Source: an uncultured Candidatus Berkelbacteria bacterium (GTDB lineage Bacteria; Patescibacteriota; UBA1384; UBA12157). Taken from it: a DNA stretch of 64,000 nt. Position numbers and translations under genes: made by a program. A model generated the notes under the pieces. That model saw only the letters and a list, made by a program, of their open reading frames with translations. It searched no databases and was not told the DNA's origin. Location: assembly GCA_903877885.1 (NCBI GenBank), contig CAIRFN010000013.1, positions 2,754 through 66,753 on the forward strand, written 5' to 3'. Shown piece after piece: positions 1-8,328 of this stretch. The number at the start of each line of letters is the position of its first letter. Position 1 is the first letter of the stretch.

Positions 1-39
1 TATTAACTCAAACTTTTTTTGGTTTATTTCTATATTCAT
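1..39 (-). CDS. 5' end of a CDS running off the window (MNIEINQKKFELI...)
   Basis: ATG at 39 preceded by AGGAG RBS; frame open to window edge. Confidence 0.6.
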   Translation of the reverse strand, partial: MNIEINQKKFELI

Positions 40-99
40 TGTCTCCTTAAATATTATAGTCTAATTAGAAACAAGCTTTGCTTATCTTTAGTTCCATAA

Positions 100-330
100 T
101 TATTTTGCCTCTGTTTGATTGTTTTTTGGTTGTTCTTGTTTTGGTTTAACCAAGAAAATCCAAATTGCAGCAATAGCCAAAAGACCAACACCAATCCAGG
201 TATACATCGATGTCGTTTGGCCTAAAAATGAGGTAGTATCAGCCGAAGCAGTCGAACGATCAATACCCAACACCGCAGTCCCTAAAATCGCCATAACTAG
301 TCCGACAGTTAAACTCGTTCGTTGATTCAT
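100..330 (-). CDS. small two-TM membrane protein
   Basis: Two hydrophobic segments, GGAGG RBS, co-oriented with the gap operon. Confidence 0.7.
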   Translation of the reverse strand: MNQRTSLTVGLVMAILGTAVLGIDRSTASADTTSFLGQTTSMYTWIGVGLLAIAAIWIFLVKPKQEQPKNNQTEAK

Positions 331-349
331 ATGCCTCCTTAAATATTAT

Positions 350-784
350 CTATTTGTGCGAATCTAAAAATGCTTTTAATTGTTCCTTAGTTTGAGCGCC
401 TTCCAGCCGATCACCATTAGCGGCAATAAAAGTTGGTGTACCAGAAACTTTGTATGTCGTCCAAATTGTTTGATCGGCGGCGGCATTCATTGGTTTGACT
501 CTGTAGCCTTCTTTGGCTAAATCAGTCAAAATCGGCGATTCGGTAATGCACCAACCGCAACTTGGTTGGTAAACTTCCATCACGGTAGCATTGGCGTCAA
601 AATAAGGTTCATTATCTTTAATCAAATTATCTTTGGTTGGAATTGTTTCCGTCATACCAACTGTCGTAGGTATAGCTTTCGTGATCACATTAGCATTATT
701 TTTATTTTTACCAAAACCCCAAGCAGCCAAGCCAACAATAATAATCAAAACTACCAAACCAACAACCCAGTTGTTCTTTTCCAT
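350..784 (-). CDS. membrane-anchored thioredoxin-like protein
   Basis: N-terminal TM, CGWC motif, GTPTF cis-Pro loop. Confidence 0.85.
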   Translation of the reverse strand: MEKNNWVVGLVVLIIIVGLAAWGFGKNKNNANVITKAIPTTVGMTETIPTKDNLIKDNEPYFDANATVMEVYQPSCGWCITESPILTDLAKEGYRVKPMNAAADQTIWTTYKVSGTPTFIAANGDRLEGAQTKEQLKAFLDSHK

Positions 785-796
785 AAATCCCTTTCT

Positions 797-1804
797 TTAC
801 TTAATTTTTGACTCTAAAAAGCGGCAGAATTCAGCAAGTCGGAATGAATAACCCATTTCGTTATCATACCAGGCTATCACCTTCACCAGATTACCACCGA
901 CGACTTGAGTTGACAAGAGGTCGACGATCGAACCATTCGGGTTCCCGCGAAAATCAACCGAGACAAGTGGTTCGTCGCAAACGGCTAAAGCGCCGTGCAT
1001 TTTTGGCTCTTCGGTCGCTTTAGTTAAAGCACCATTAACTTCTTCAATCGTCACATCTTTTTTAAGTAAAGCGACAAAATCTACCAGAGAAACTGTTGGT
1101 GTTGGCACGCGAAAGGAAACGCCGTCCATTTTGTCTTTAAGATCTGGAATAACTTGACATGTCGCTTTGGTTGCGCCAGTCGTGGTGGGAATAATTGATT
1201 GTAGAGCCGAACGCGCGCGGCGCGGATCTTTGTGCGGCGAATCTTGCAAAACCTGATCCATAGTAAAGGAGTGGATTGTACTCATCATCGCCTTTTCAAT
1301 ACCAAAAACATCGTTCAAAACTTTAGCCACTGGTGTTAAAGCATTGGTGGTGCAACTGGCCATCGACATAATATTGTCGGTTCCAGGATCGAAATTTTCT
1401 TCATTGACGCCCAAAACAAAAGTTTTAATTGCATCATCACCCTTGGCTGGCGCCGAAATTACCACATAGCGCGCTCCGGCTTCAAGATGCGCTGAAGCCT
1501 TTTCCTTTTCCGTAAAAACACCAGTTGATTCGATCACTAAATCCACATCTAAATCTTTCCATGGTAATTTAGTTGGATCTTTTTCCTGAAGAAATTTGAT
1601 CATTCGACCGTTAACCATTAAACCATCGTCAGTTGTTTCGATTTCACCATTAAATTCACCGTAAGTTGAATCATACTTGGCTAAATGAGCCAAAGTTTCC
1701 AGTTCGCCTAAATCGTTAATTGCTACGATTTCCAAGCGTGCTTGAGTCGCAGCCCTGAAAAAACACCGACCAATTCGACCAAAACCATTGATTGCAATCT
1801 TCAT
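797..1804 (-). CDS. gap: type I glyceraldehyde-3-phosphate dehydrogenase
   Basis: INGFGRIGR, ASCTTN, WYDNE motifs. Confidence 0.98.
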   Translation of the reverse strand: MKIAINGFGRIGRCFFRAATQARLEIVAINDLGELETLAHLAKYDSTYGEFNGEIETTDDGLMVNGRMIKFLQEKDPTKLPWKDLDVDLVIESTGVFTEKEKASAHLEAGARYVVISAPAKGDDAIKTFVLGVNEENFDPGTDNIMSMASCTTNALTPVAKVLNDVFGIEKAMMSTIHSFTMDQVLQDSPHKDPRRARSALQSIIPTTTGATKATCQVIPDLKDKMDGVSFRVPTPTVSLVDFVALLKKDVTIEEVNGALTKATEEPKMHGALAVCDEPLVSVDFRGNPNGSIVDLLSTQVVGGNLVKVIAWYDNEMGYSFRLAEFCRFLESKIK

Positions 1805-1824
1805 CTTGATACCTCCTGTTAATA

Positions 1825-2814
1825 TTAACTAAACTTCATACCGCTATCTGACCAGCGGTGCTCTTTTATTCTATGTTTAATTGTGGCTAAATTCAACAAG
1901 CCTTCCTGAGCGCCAACTTTTTCAATAACCGAAGCGGAATTAGTCACACCATATTGCAAGCAAGTTAGCAATTTTTCACCTTTAATATACGCGGCCATAA
2001 AAGCCGAAGTAAAAGCATCGCCCGCACCAGTTGATTCAACCCGATGGCCCGGATAAGGTCCGATTTTAATAAAATCGGTGGCCGTTGCGGCGTAGGCGCC
2101 TTCTTTACCATCAGTAATCACAATAATTTCCACGCCAGTTTTCTTCAAGACTTTGGCAATATCACGGACATTAGCAACCCCATGAAGACCGGCCAATTTC
2201 TGGCCTTCTTCTTTGTTAACAAATAAGATTTTAGCCACGCGCAAAAGTCCACCAAAAGCTAACATTCCGTCATGAATCTGAACCGAACCAGGATTAATAG
2301 CAATTTTAATATTTTTTTCGGCTGCCAGCGCTGTCATTCGACTGTAAAATGATTTGTAGCCTTCGCCCATGGGACCCAAAAATACCCAATCAGTGGCAAT
2401 ACTTCGAGTTAAAACTAATTCATCGGGATGAAAGCTATGAAAAACCAGAATCGACCGCTCGCCTTCATAAGAAATAATCACGGAAAAACTGGTTTTTTTA
2501 TCTTTTCGAATAATTAAATGCGACGTATCGACACGAGCTTTTTCCAAAGTTTTAATAATACCTTCACCTTCACTGTCATGACCAATCGCGCTAATAATAC
2601 TGGTTTTTAAACCTAATTTTGAAGATCCAATCGCCACATTGCCAGCCGTGCCGCCAATGTCATAATGAATATCAGAAATACTGATTTTGTCGCCATGTTC
2701 GAAAACTAAAAATTTCTCGCCATGACGATTCAGCGGTTTTTCCATTTCCGAAACCGAGGGAAAAACAAAAATATCTTTCATAATATCGCCAATTGTAACC
2801 AAATCGTATTTCAT
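1825..2814 (-). CDS. PfkB/ribokinase-family sugar kinase
   Basis: GGTAGNVA, NKEE and STGAGDAF motifs. Confidence 0.93.
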   Translation of the reverse strand: MKYDLVTIGDIMKDIFVFPSVSEMEKPLNRHGEKFLVFEHGDKISISDIHYDIGGTAGNVAIGSSKLGLKTSIISAIGHDSEGEGIIKTLEKARVDTSHLIIRKDKKTSFSVIISYEGERSILVFHSFHPDELVLTRSIATDWVFLGPMGEGYKSFYSRMTALAAEKNIKIAINPGSVQIHDGMLAFGGLLRVAKILFVNKEEGQKLAGLHGVANVRDIAKVLKKTGVEIIVITDGKEGAYAATATDFIKIGPYPGHRVESTGAGDAFTSAFMAAYIKGEKLLTCLQYGVTNSASVIEKVGAQEGLLNLATIKHRIKEHRWSDSGMKFS

Positions 2815-2828
2815 ATCTTCTCCGACTA

Positions 2829-2931
2829 GGAATTTGGTGGTTAAGTTTTTGTGTGCCCGGTGACCCGAATGGCAATTCGAGTCTAGGCTGGCTAGGGCGG
2901 GCGTAACACAAAAATTTAAGCACCAGATTCC
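2829..2931. other. long structured intergenic element (outer stem plus two inner hairpins)
   Basis: GGAATTTGGTG-GTTAAGTTTTTGTGT-GCCCG pairs with CGGGC-ACACAAAAATTTAA-CACCAGATTCC; inner GACCCGAAT/ATTCGAGTC and CTAG/CTAG stems. Confidence 0.75.
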
Positions 2932-2934
2932 GTT

Positions 2935-3759
2935 TTAACCTTTTCCATCACTGCCAAACAACTTAATTTTTTCTTCAACCACAGCTTGAATATCGGCCAT
3001 CACTTTAGCCATAATATCGCGCGGATCAGATAAATCGGCATATTTCTTGTTGATGCCGTGAATTGTTTCGGAAAAAGTGTGACGAATATCGGTATCAATA
3101 TTAACCTTGCAAATACCAGCGGCAACAGCTTTTCTAACTTCTTCATCAGGTACGCCGCTGGCGCCATGCAAAACCAAAGGCGTATTGGTTAATTTACGAA
3201 TTTTTTTAAGCAAATCAATGTTTAAAGCTTTGATTTTAGTCGCATGACGCGAGCCAATCGAAACAGCCAAGGAATCAACCTTGGTTTTTTTCAAATAATC
3301 TTTAACTAAACTCGGATCAGTAAAATCGGATTCATTTTTTGAGTTGCCAATTGTACCAAGTTCGCCTTCGCAAAAGATTTTCTTGCGATGTGCCATTTCT
3401 ACCGCTTTAGCAGTTAAAATTTCGTTTTCCGGCAAAGTAAGGTTACTGCCATCAAACATCACCGAGGTGAAACCTTCTTCCAGACATTCATGAACAAGTT
3501 TTAAGTTTCGGCCGTGATCCAAATGTAGTACAATCGGAACCTTGGCATGTTTAGCTTCATTTTTGACAATATCGGCCAGGTTTTCTAAACCGGCATAGGC
3601 AATCGCTTTTTCGGAAATTTGAATAATCGCCGGCGCGTTTAGTTTAACTGCCGCCGCAATTATCGCCCTGGTAATTTCTAGATCGGAAGTATTAAAAGCG
3701 CCGACCGCGTAATGACCCTTTTGAGCTTTTTCAAATAATTGTTTGCTAGTGGTAAGCAT
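2935..3759 (-). CDS. fba: class II fructose-bisphosphate aldolase
   Basis: HLDHG, SVMFDGS, EGELG, VLHGASG, KVNIDTD motifs. Confidence 0.95.
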   Translation of the reverse strand: MLTTSKQLFEKAQKGHYAVGAFNTSDLEITRAIIAAAVKLNAPAIIQISEKAIAYAGLENLADIVKNEAKHAKVPIVLHLDHGRNLKLVHECLEEGFTSVMFDGSNLTLPENEILTAKAVEMAHRKKIFCEGELGTIGNSKNESDFTDPSLVKDYLKKTKVDSLAVSIGSRHATKIKALNIDLLKKIRKLTNTPLVLHGASGVPDEEVRKAVAAGICKVNIDTDIRHTFSETIHGINKKYADLSDPRDIMAKVMADIQAVVEEKIKLFGSDGKG

Positions 3760-4557
3760 TTATTCCCTTCCGACTGATTCTTGGCAGATTTTAATAAATT
3801 CCTTACTTTTCAAACTGGCGGCGCCGACTAAAACACCGTCGATTTCTGGTTGATAAATAAATTCGCGAATATTATCTTCATCGACTGACCCGCCATACAA
3901 AATTTTAACTCGTTCGGACATAAAACGATTATATTTATCAGCCAAGGTATTTCTTAGTTTTTCCACCATATAATTAGCATAAGCGCCATCGGCCGCTTCA
4001 CCGCCATGATTAGTGCTAATGGCCCAAACTGGTTCGTAAACAACAATCACTTTTTCGGCATCGTTTTCAGACACACCTTGTAGAACGCCGCGTAAAAGCT
4101 GACTGATATTCGAGTTAGCGTCAATTTTAGTTGGTCGGCCTTTTCCCCGCTCAATCGCCTGTTTTTTTAGTTCACCGATACAAATAACCGGAATCAAATT
4201 ATTGGCTAAGGCAGCCACAATTTTATCATTGATTAATTCCACAGATTCACCAAAGTTTTTACGGCGCTCGGAATGACCTAAAATCACGTATTTAGCCATA
4301 CCTTTAAGCATCAGTGGCGAAATTTCGCCAGTCATCGCCCCTTTAGGTGTAAACCACATATTTTGGGCGCCTAAATCAATGTTATCTGGCGATTTTTCCA
4401 AAACTTCGGCCATCGGGTAAAGCCAAACAAACGGCGGACACAAAACCACATCCACTGCCAAATTGGCTACTGCGTTTTTAATCGAGGTCGTTAAAATAAT
4501 CGCGTCTGTTAGCGAGGTGTTCATTTTCCAGTTAGCAATGACTAGAGGTCTACGCAT
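3760..4557 (-). CDS. tpiA: triosephosphate isomerase
   Basis: NWKMN, GHSERR, YEPVWAI, YGGSV motifs. Confidence 0.97.
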   Translation of the reverse strand: MRRPLVIANWKMNTSLTDAIILTTSIKNAVANLAVDVVLCPPFVWLYPMAEVLEKSPDNIDLGAQNMWFTPKGAMTGEISPLMLKGMAKYVILGHSERRKNFGESVELINDKIVAALANNLIPVICIGELKKQAIERGKGRPTKIDANSNISQLLRGVLQGVSENDAEKVIVVYEPVWAISTNHGGEAADGAYANYMVEKLRNTLADKYNRFMSERVKILYGGSVDEDNIREFIYQPEIDGVLVGAASLKSKEFIKICQESVGRE

Positions 4558-4615
4558 ATCACTCCTTTTTAATATCTAATATTAATATACCATTTTTCAA
4601 TTAAAAAACCACCTT

Positions 4616-5587
4616 TTAAGGGGTGGTGGTGAGGTTTTTTTGACATCGTAGATGACGGTATTTTTTGATTCGTTCGCTAAATATTTTTCGGTTTTGCTGA
4701 TCAAGCAATTCAAGGTAAAGACTAAAATCGTGATGAATTTGAATCTGTTGTTTAGTGGGTTTTTCTGGTAACGGCGCTCGAAGTCGATTACCAATGGTGG
4801 TTTGGGTGCAGCCTAAAATATTGGCTAATTCGGCAATATTTAACAACTTTGTTTCTGAATTATTCTTTTTTAACATTAGTAGTTCGGAGACAATACTGTA
4901 AAGATCCAAAGTTAGATCCGGATAAGTGTTATTGTGACATCGACCATTTTGACTTTTTAAAATGACGCGACGCTCTTTAATAAACTCTGGCTCAAAGAAA
5001 ATCTTTAACCAATTTTGATATGAAGACATTTCAATTCCCAATTTATGAGAGATTTGATTATCAGAAGTTAACCTAAAATTCGAATCAGTCGTAAAACATT
5101 TAAATTCAAAATTTATTAAATTTACAAAAGCGCGAATTCGAAGACAATTCCCTCTAGATTGGTTGATGATCATAATCCGTCGTCGATGCATAAATTTCGA
5201 GTCTAGCTGGCTAAGTAAACCGTAAATTTGATCAATATCAAAACCAAATATTTCCACTAAAGTTTCTGCATCAGCTAAACGATCCAATTTTTCGGCCCAG
5301 AAAAGCTCCCATTCGATTTTTAGGAAACGCATGATTTCGACTTCTTGGACTTCTAAAATCTTGACTGTTGTCGGCATAGAATTTCGTTCAGTAATTTCAT
5401 CGGGAAACAAACTTTGATTGACTAATTGACGAACACATTCGCGAGAGACACCAAAATAATCACCGACTTCCTTATTATTCCAGATCCGTTGAATTTTACC
5501 ATCGCGAAAATCTTGCATCTGATTAAGAATAAATATAGCTAACAAACTTTCGTGCCTGATTTCCAGCGGAGTTGCCATTCGTCCCAT
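4616..5587 (-). CDS. hypothetical protein with several HTH-like segments
   Basis: Long ORF with AAGGAG RBS; EVGDYFGVSRECVRQ and ELANILGCTQTTIGNR resemble helix-turn-helix motifs. Confidence 0.6.
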   Translation of the reverse strand: MGRMATPLEIRHESLLAIFILNQMQDFRDGKIQRIWNNKEVGDYFGVSRECVRQLVNQSLFPDEITERNSMPTTVKILEVQEVEIMRFLKIEWELFWAEKLDRLADAETLVEIFGFDIDQIYGLLSQLDSKFMHRRRIMIINQSRGNCLRIRAFVNLINFEFKCFTTDSNFRLTSDNQISHKLGIEMSSYQNWLKIFFEPEFIKERRVILKSQNGRCHNNTYPDLTLDLYSIVSELLMLKKNNSETKLLNIAELANILGCTQTTIGNRLRAPLPEKPTKQQIQIHHDFSLYLELLDQQNRKIFSERIKKYRHLRCQKNLTTTP

Positions 5588-5630
5588 TTTCGTCTCCTTT
5601 ACTCAATTGTTAAGTGACAGTTACCAGGTT

Positions 5631-5659
5631 AAAATAACATTGATGAGTTGGTTTGTCAA
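5631..5659 (-). promoter_or_regulatory. sigma70-type promoter
   Basis: TTGACA-17 nt-TATTTT upstream of ORF 4616..5587. Confidence 0.55.
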
Positions 5660-5680
5660 TAAAAAGAGATCTTTAAAATT

Positions 5681-6886
5681 TTACCGAAGTGATTTCCGAT
5701 GAAGCAAACGATAATATTCGATAGCAAAACGGTGGGCTTCATCACGAAGTTTAACGAGTAGTTTTTTATCAATTTCGATATTGTTCGGATTAATTAGATC
5801 ATTGCGGTCGCGCTTCGGACCTTTAGCCAGACCAACGACGGGGATATCAATTTTGCGTTCCAATAAAATTTCGCTGGCAACATTAACTTGGCCACGACCG
5901 CCATCAACTAAAATAAGTTCTGGGAGCGGCCATTCATTGTGGTTTAGTCGGCGAGAAATAACTTCTCTCATACTCGCAATATCATCGGCGCCATGACGTC
6001 CGTCAGCTGGCGGATTTATTTTGAATTTTCGATATTCATTTTTGTCAATTACGCCTTCGGTAAAAACAACCATTGAACCAACTGTAAAATCACCGCTAAT
6101 GTTGGAAATATCGTAAGCTTCAATTCGAGCCGGAATCGGTTTTAGACCATCTAAATCCTCATCGCGGATTAAGGCTACGTCTTGAATATGACGGAGCGCA
6201 AAAATCTGATCGCGCAACTTGGCCGCTTTTTCAAACTCTAAATTCTTGGCTTTTTCTTTCATTTCTGATTCTAAAGCCTTGATTGATTCTTTTTTCTTGC
6301 CGCGCAAAAAAAGTTTGATTTGTTTGATTGTCGCGTTATAATCTTCCCTATTTATTTTGCCAAAACAGACGCCGGGACACATGCCCATATGATATTCAAA
6401 ACAGGCTTTGCCAGATTCAGGAATACAAGAAACACGGAAAGGAAAAAGTTTGCGCAGAATTTGCAAAGTCATACCAACATCGCGACTTGAAGGAAATGGA
6501 CCGAAAAATTCACCGGCTTCCATTTTAGCATTTTTTCGCGCTGGTAAAACTCGCGGCCAATCTTCTTTGGTCACCAAAATTCCCAAATAAGTTTTGCCAT
6601 CTTTGAGCTTGATATTATATTTTGGATCGTATTGTTTGATTAAATTATTTTCCAAAAGCAAAGCTTCGACCACCGATTCGGTCCGCTGAATTTCAATTGT
6701 TGCCACTTGCGAAAGCATCAATTCAATTCGCGATTCTTGCGGTCGTTGGAAATATGACAAAACTCGATGTTTCAAGCTGGTTGCTTTACCAATATACAAA
6801 ATCGCCCGATTGACATCGCGCATGACATAGACTCCCGGCGTTTCCGGAAACTTTTTAATTCTTTCGATTAGTTTAAACTTTTCCAT
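5681..6886 (-). CDS. uvrC: excinuclease ABC subunit C (short form, no C-terminal HhH)
   Basis: GIY-YIG (PGVY..YIGKA), UVR domain, YDISN, LVDGG, RDEAHRFA. Confidence 0.95.
   Translation of the reverse strand: MEKFKLIERIKKFPETPGVYVMRDVNRAILYIGKATSLKHRVLSYFQRPQESRIELMLSQVATIEIQRTESVVEALLLENNLIKQYDPKYNIKLKDGKTYLGILVTKEDWPRVLPARKNAKMEAGEFFGPFPSSRDVGMTLQILRKLFPFRVSCIPESGKACFEYHMGMCPGVCFGKINREDYNATIKQIKLFLRGKKKESIKALESEMKEKAKNLEFEKAAKLRDQIFALRHIQDVALIRDEDLDGLKPIPARIEAYDISNISGDFTVGSMVVFTEGVIDKNEYRKFKINPPADGRHGADDIASMREVISRRLNHNEWPLPELILVDGGRGQVNVASEILLERKIDIPVVGLAKGPKRDRNDLINPNNIEIDKKLLVKLRDEAHRFAIEYYRLLHRKSLR
5999..6014. repeat. family C mini-palindrome inside uvrC (encodes NPPADG)
   Basis: TCCGTCAGCTGGCGGA near-perfect palindrome. 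Confidence 0.5.
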
Positions 6887-6920
6887 TTTTGTTTGTTTAG
6901 ATTATACCAGATATCATTAG

Positions 6921-6965
6921 GTTTAACCAAATTACTGACTTCGTAGGTTAGTAATTTGGTTAAAC
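6921..6965. repeat. family A REP-like hairpin, 3' flank of RAYT-1 (overlaps its stop codon)
   Basis: GTTTAACCAAATTACT-GACTTCGTAGGTT-AGTAATTTGGTTAAAC. Confidence 0.92.
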
Positions 6966-7619
6966 AAATAAATGCTTTTTAATTATTGCTAAATCTTTTT
7001 GATCATTAATTCGACTACTAACAAATTTTTGATATTGTTTTGGTTGAATATCCATCAGACTATTAAAATCGCAAAATGATATAACGTCTTTTCCTAGATA
7101 CTCATCATATGAAGAAAAGCTCCAATCCTCCGGCTCTTTAACCAGTCCGGCTGTTACTGGATTAAGATGTTGATATCTCGTCAAATGCAGTAATTGTTCG
7201 TCACTTTCAACTAAAACATTTTTAAATCTTCCTTCCCATAACGGACCTTTGCGACAATGTTTAGTATTAAAGTATCGAGTATAGCCATTAAGGATATCGG
7301 CAACATATTTTGAAACACCATTTTCTTTTAGTTGTTTTAAAACTAAATGGATATGAGTCGGCATAATACAATAAGCAATTATATGTACTAACTTTTCACG
7401 ATCTTTTGAAATTGTAAATAAGGCATTATCAAAACCAAATTGACCGACTAATCTTGATCTCATAAAAGCCGACAAGCTCAAATCATTTTTAATCTGATAA
7501 TATCTAATAAGGTCGATCATCCGCACATATTCTTCATCATTATTAAAAATTTTGTAACCAGCGATGCTTTTCGTGCAAATATGATAGACTTGATCATTAA
7601 CCAAAAAATCTTTTCTCAT
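6960..7619 (-). mobile_element. REP-associated tyrosine transposase (RAYT-1, IS200/Y1 HUH family)
   Basis: YH..TKS, YCIMPTHIHL (HUH), GPLWEGRF, RYQHLNP, WSFSSY; flanked by inverted hairpins. Confidence 0.92.
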
Positions 7620-7638
7620 ATTTGAATTATATCATTAC

Positions 7639-7680
7639 TAAACCCAAATTACTAACCTACGAAGTTAGTAATTTGGTTAA
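7639..7680. repeat. family A REP-like hairpin, 5' flank of RAYT-1
   Basis: CCAAATTACTAACCTACGAAGTTAGTAATTTGG, an inverted near-copy of 6921-6965. Confidence 0.92.
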
Positions 7681-7685
7681 TTGGC

Positions 7686-7714
7686 TTGACAAAAGCGATC
7701 AAAATACTTATAGT
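7686..7714 (+). promoter_or_regulatory. sigma70-type promoter
   Basis: TTGACA-17 nt-TATAGT, followed by GGAGGTG RBS. Confidence 0.7.
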
Positions 7715-7743
7715 CTATCTATTACTTCTCTAGGAGGTGTACC

Positions 7744-8283
7744 TTGAGAGAACGGCCAAAATTTCTATCCCAAGGTCTTTGGGATATTCTCGAACCGCAA
7801 TGTCGATTTCCTGATGAACACTTACTAAAGCTGAAAGATCATTTTTTGCAACATGGTCTCGGACATTTGATAGATAAAATTATCCCTTATTATTACATTA
7901 CCGCCGAATCTGACATCTTTGGCGGTAAACAATTGGTTTTTATTTGCCGCTGGAATTTTCGAGATTTGAATTTCGCTACAATGGAGGCAATGATTGATAA
8001 ACCAAATTGCCCAGATTACGAAAATCTGGCTTTGGAATTTCTGAATCAAAATAATTTTAACCCAAAGATGGAAATTACACCACCAGATGAGATTGTGTGT
8101 ATTGATGATTTTACCGATACTCAATGCCTTAAAGATCATTTACCGCAAAGTTTCTATTGTTTACCAAATGAGCTAGCGAATTTGGAATCAGAAGCCATTC
8201 GAAAGAAGGTTGATAAGATCAAATCTAAATTTAAAGAAGCCGTAAAAACAAGACCAAACGAACCATTTTCGCTAGATATTTAA
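7744..8283 (+). CDS. hypothetical protein
   Basis: TTG start with RBS, promoter and terminator; no recognised motif. Confidence 0.65.
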   Translation: MRERPKFLSQGLWDILEPQCRFPDEHLLKLKDHFLQHGLGHLIDKIIPYYYITAESDIFGGKQLVFICRWNFRDLNFATMEAMIDKPNCPDYENLALEFLNQNNFNPKMEITPPDEIVCIDDFTDTQCLKDHLPQSFYCLPNELANLESEAIRKKVDKIKSKFKEAVKTRPNEPFSLDI

Positions 8284-8306
8284 TGGTTTGATCAATAATC
8301 CCTATC

Positions 8307-8328
8307 ACCCGCTAACCGCGGGTTTTTT
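8307..8328 (+). terminator. intrinsic terminator between convergent genes
   Basis: ACCCGC-TAACC-GCGGGT plus T-tract. Confidence 0.75.

Noticed and set aside
2829..2931. SRP (4.5S) RNA or 6S RNA
   Set aside because: No SRP domain IV CAGG/GGAA/AGCA motif on either strand; too short and lacking the central bubble for 6S.
6960..7619. IS605/IS607 element with TnpB
   Set aside because: No tnpB ORF lies next to any of the three Y1 genes; their length and NP/W..SS motifs fit RAYTs better than IS200 TnpA.
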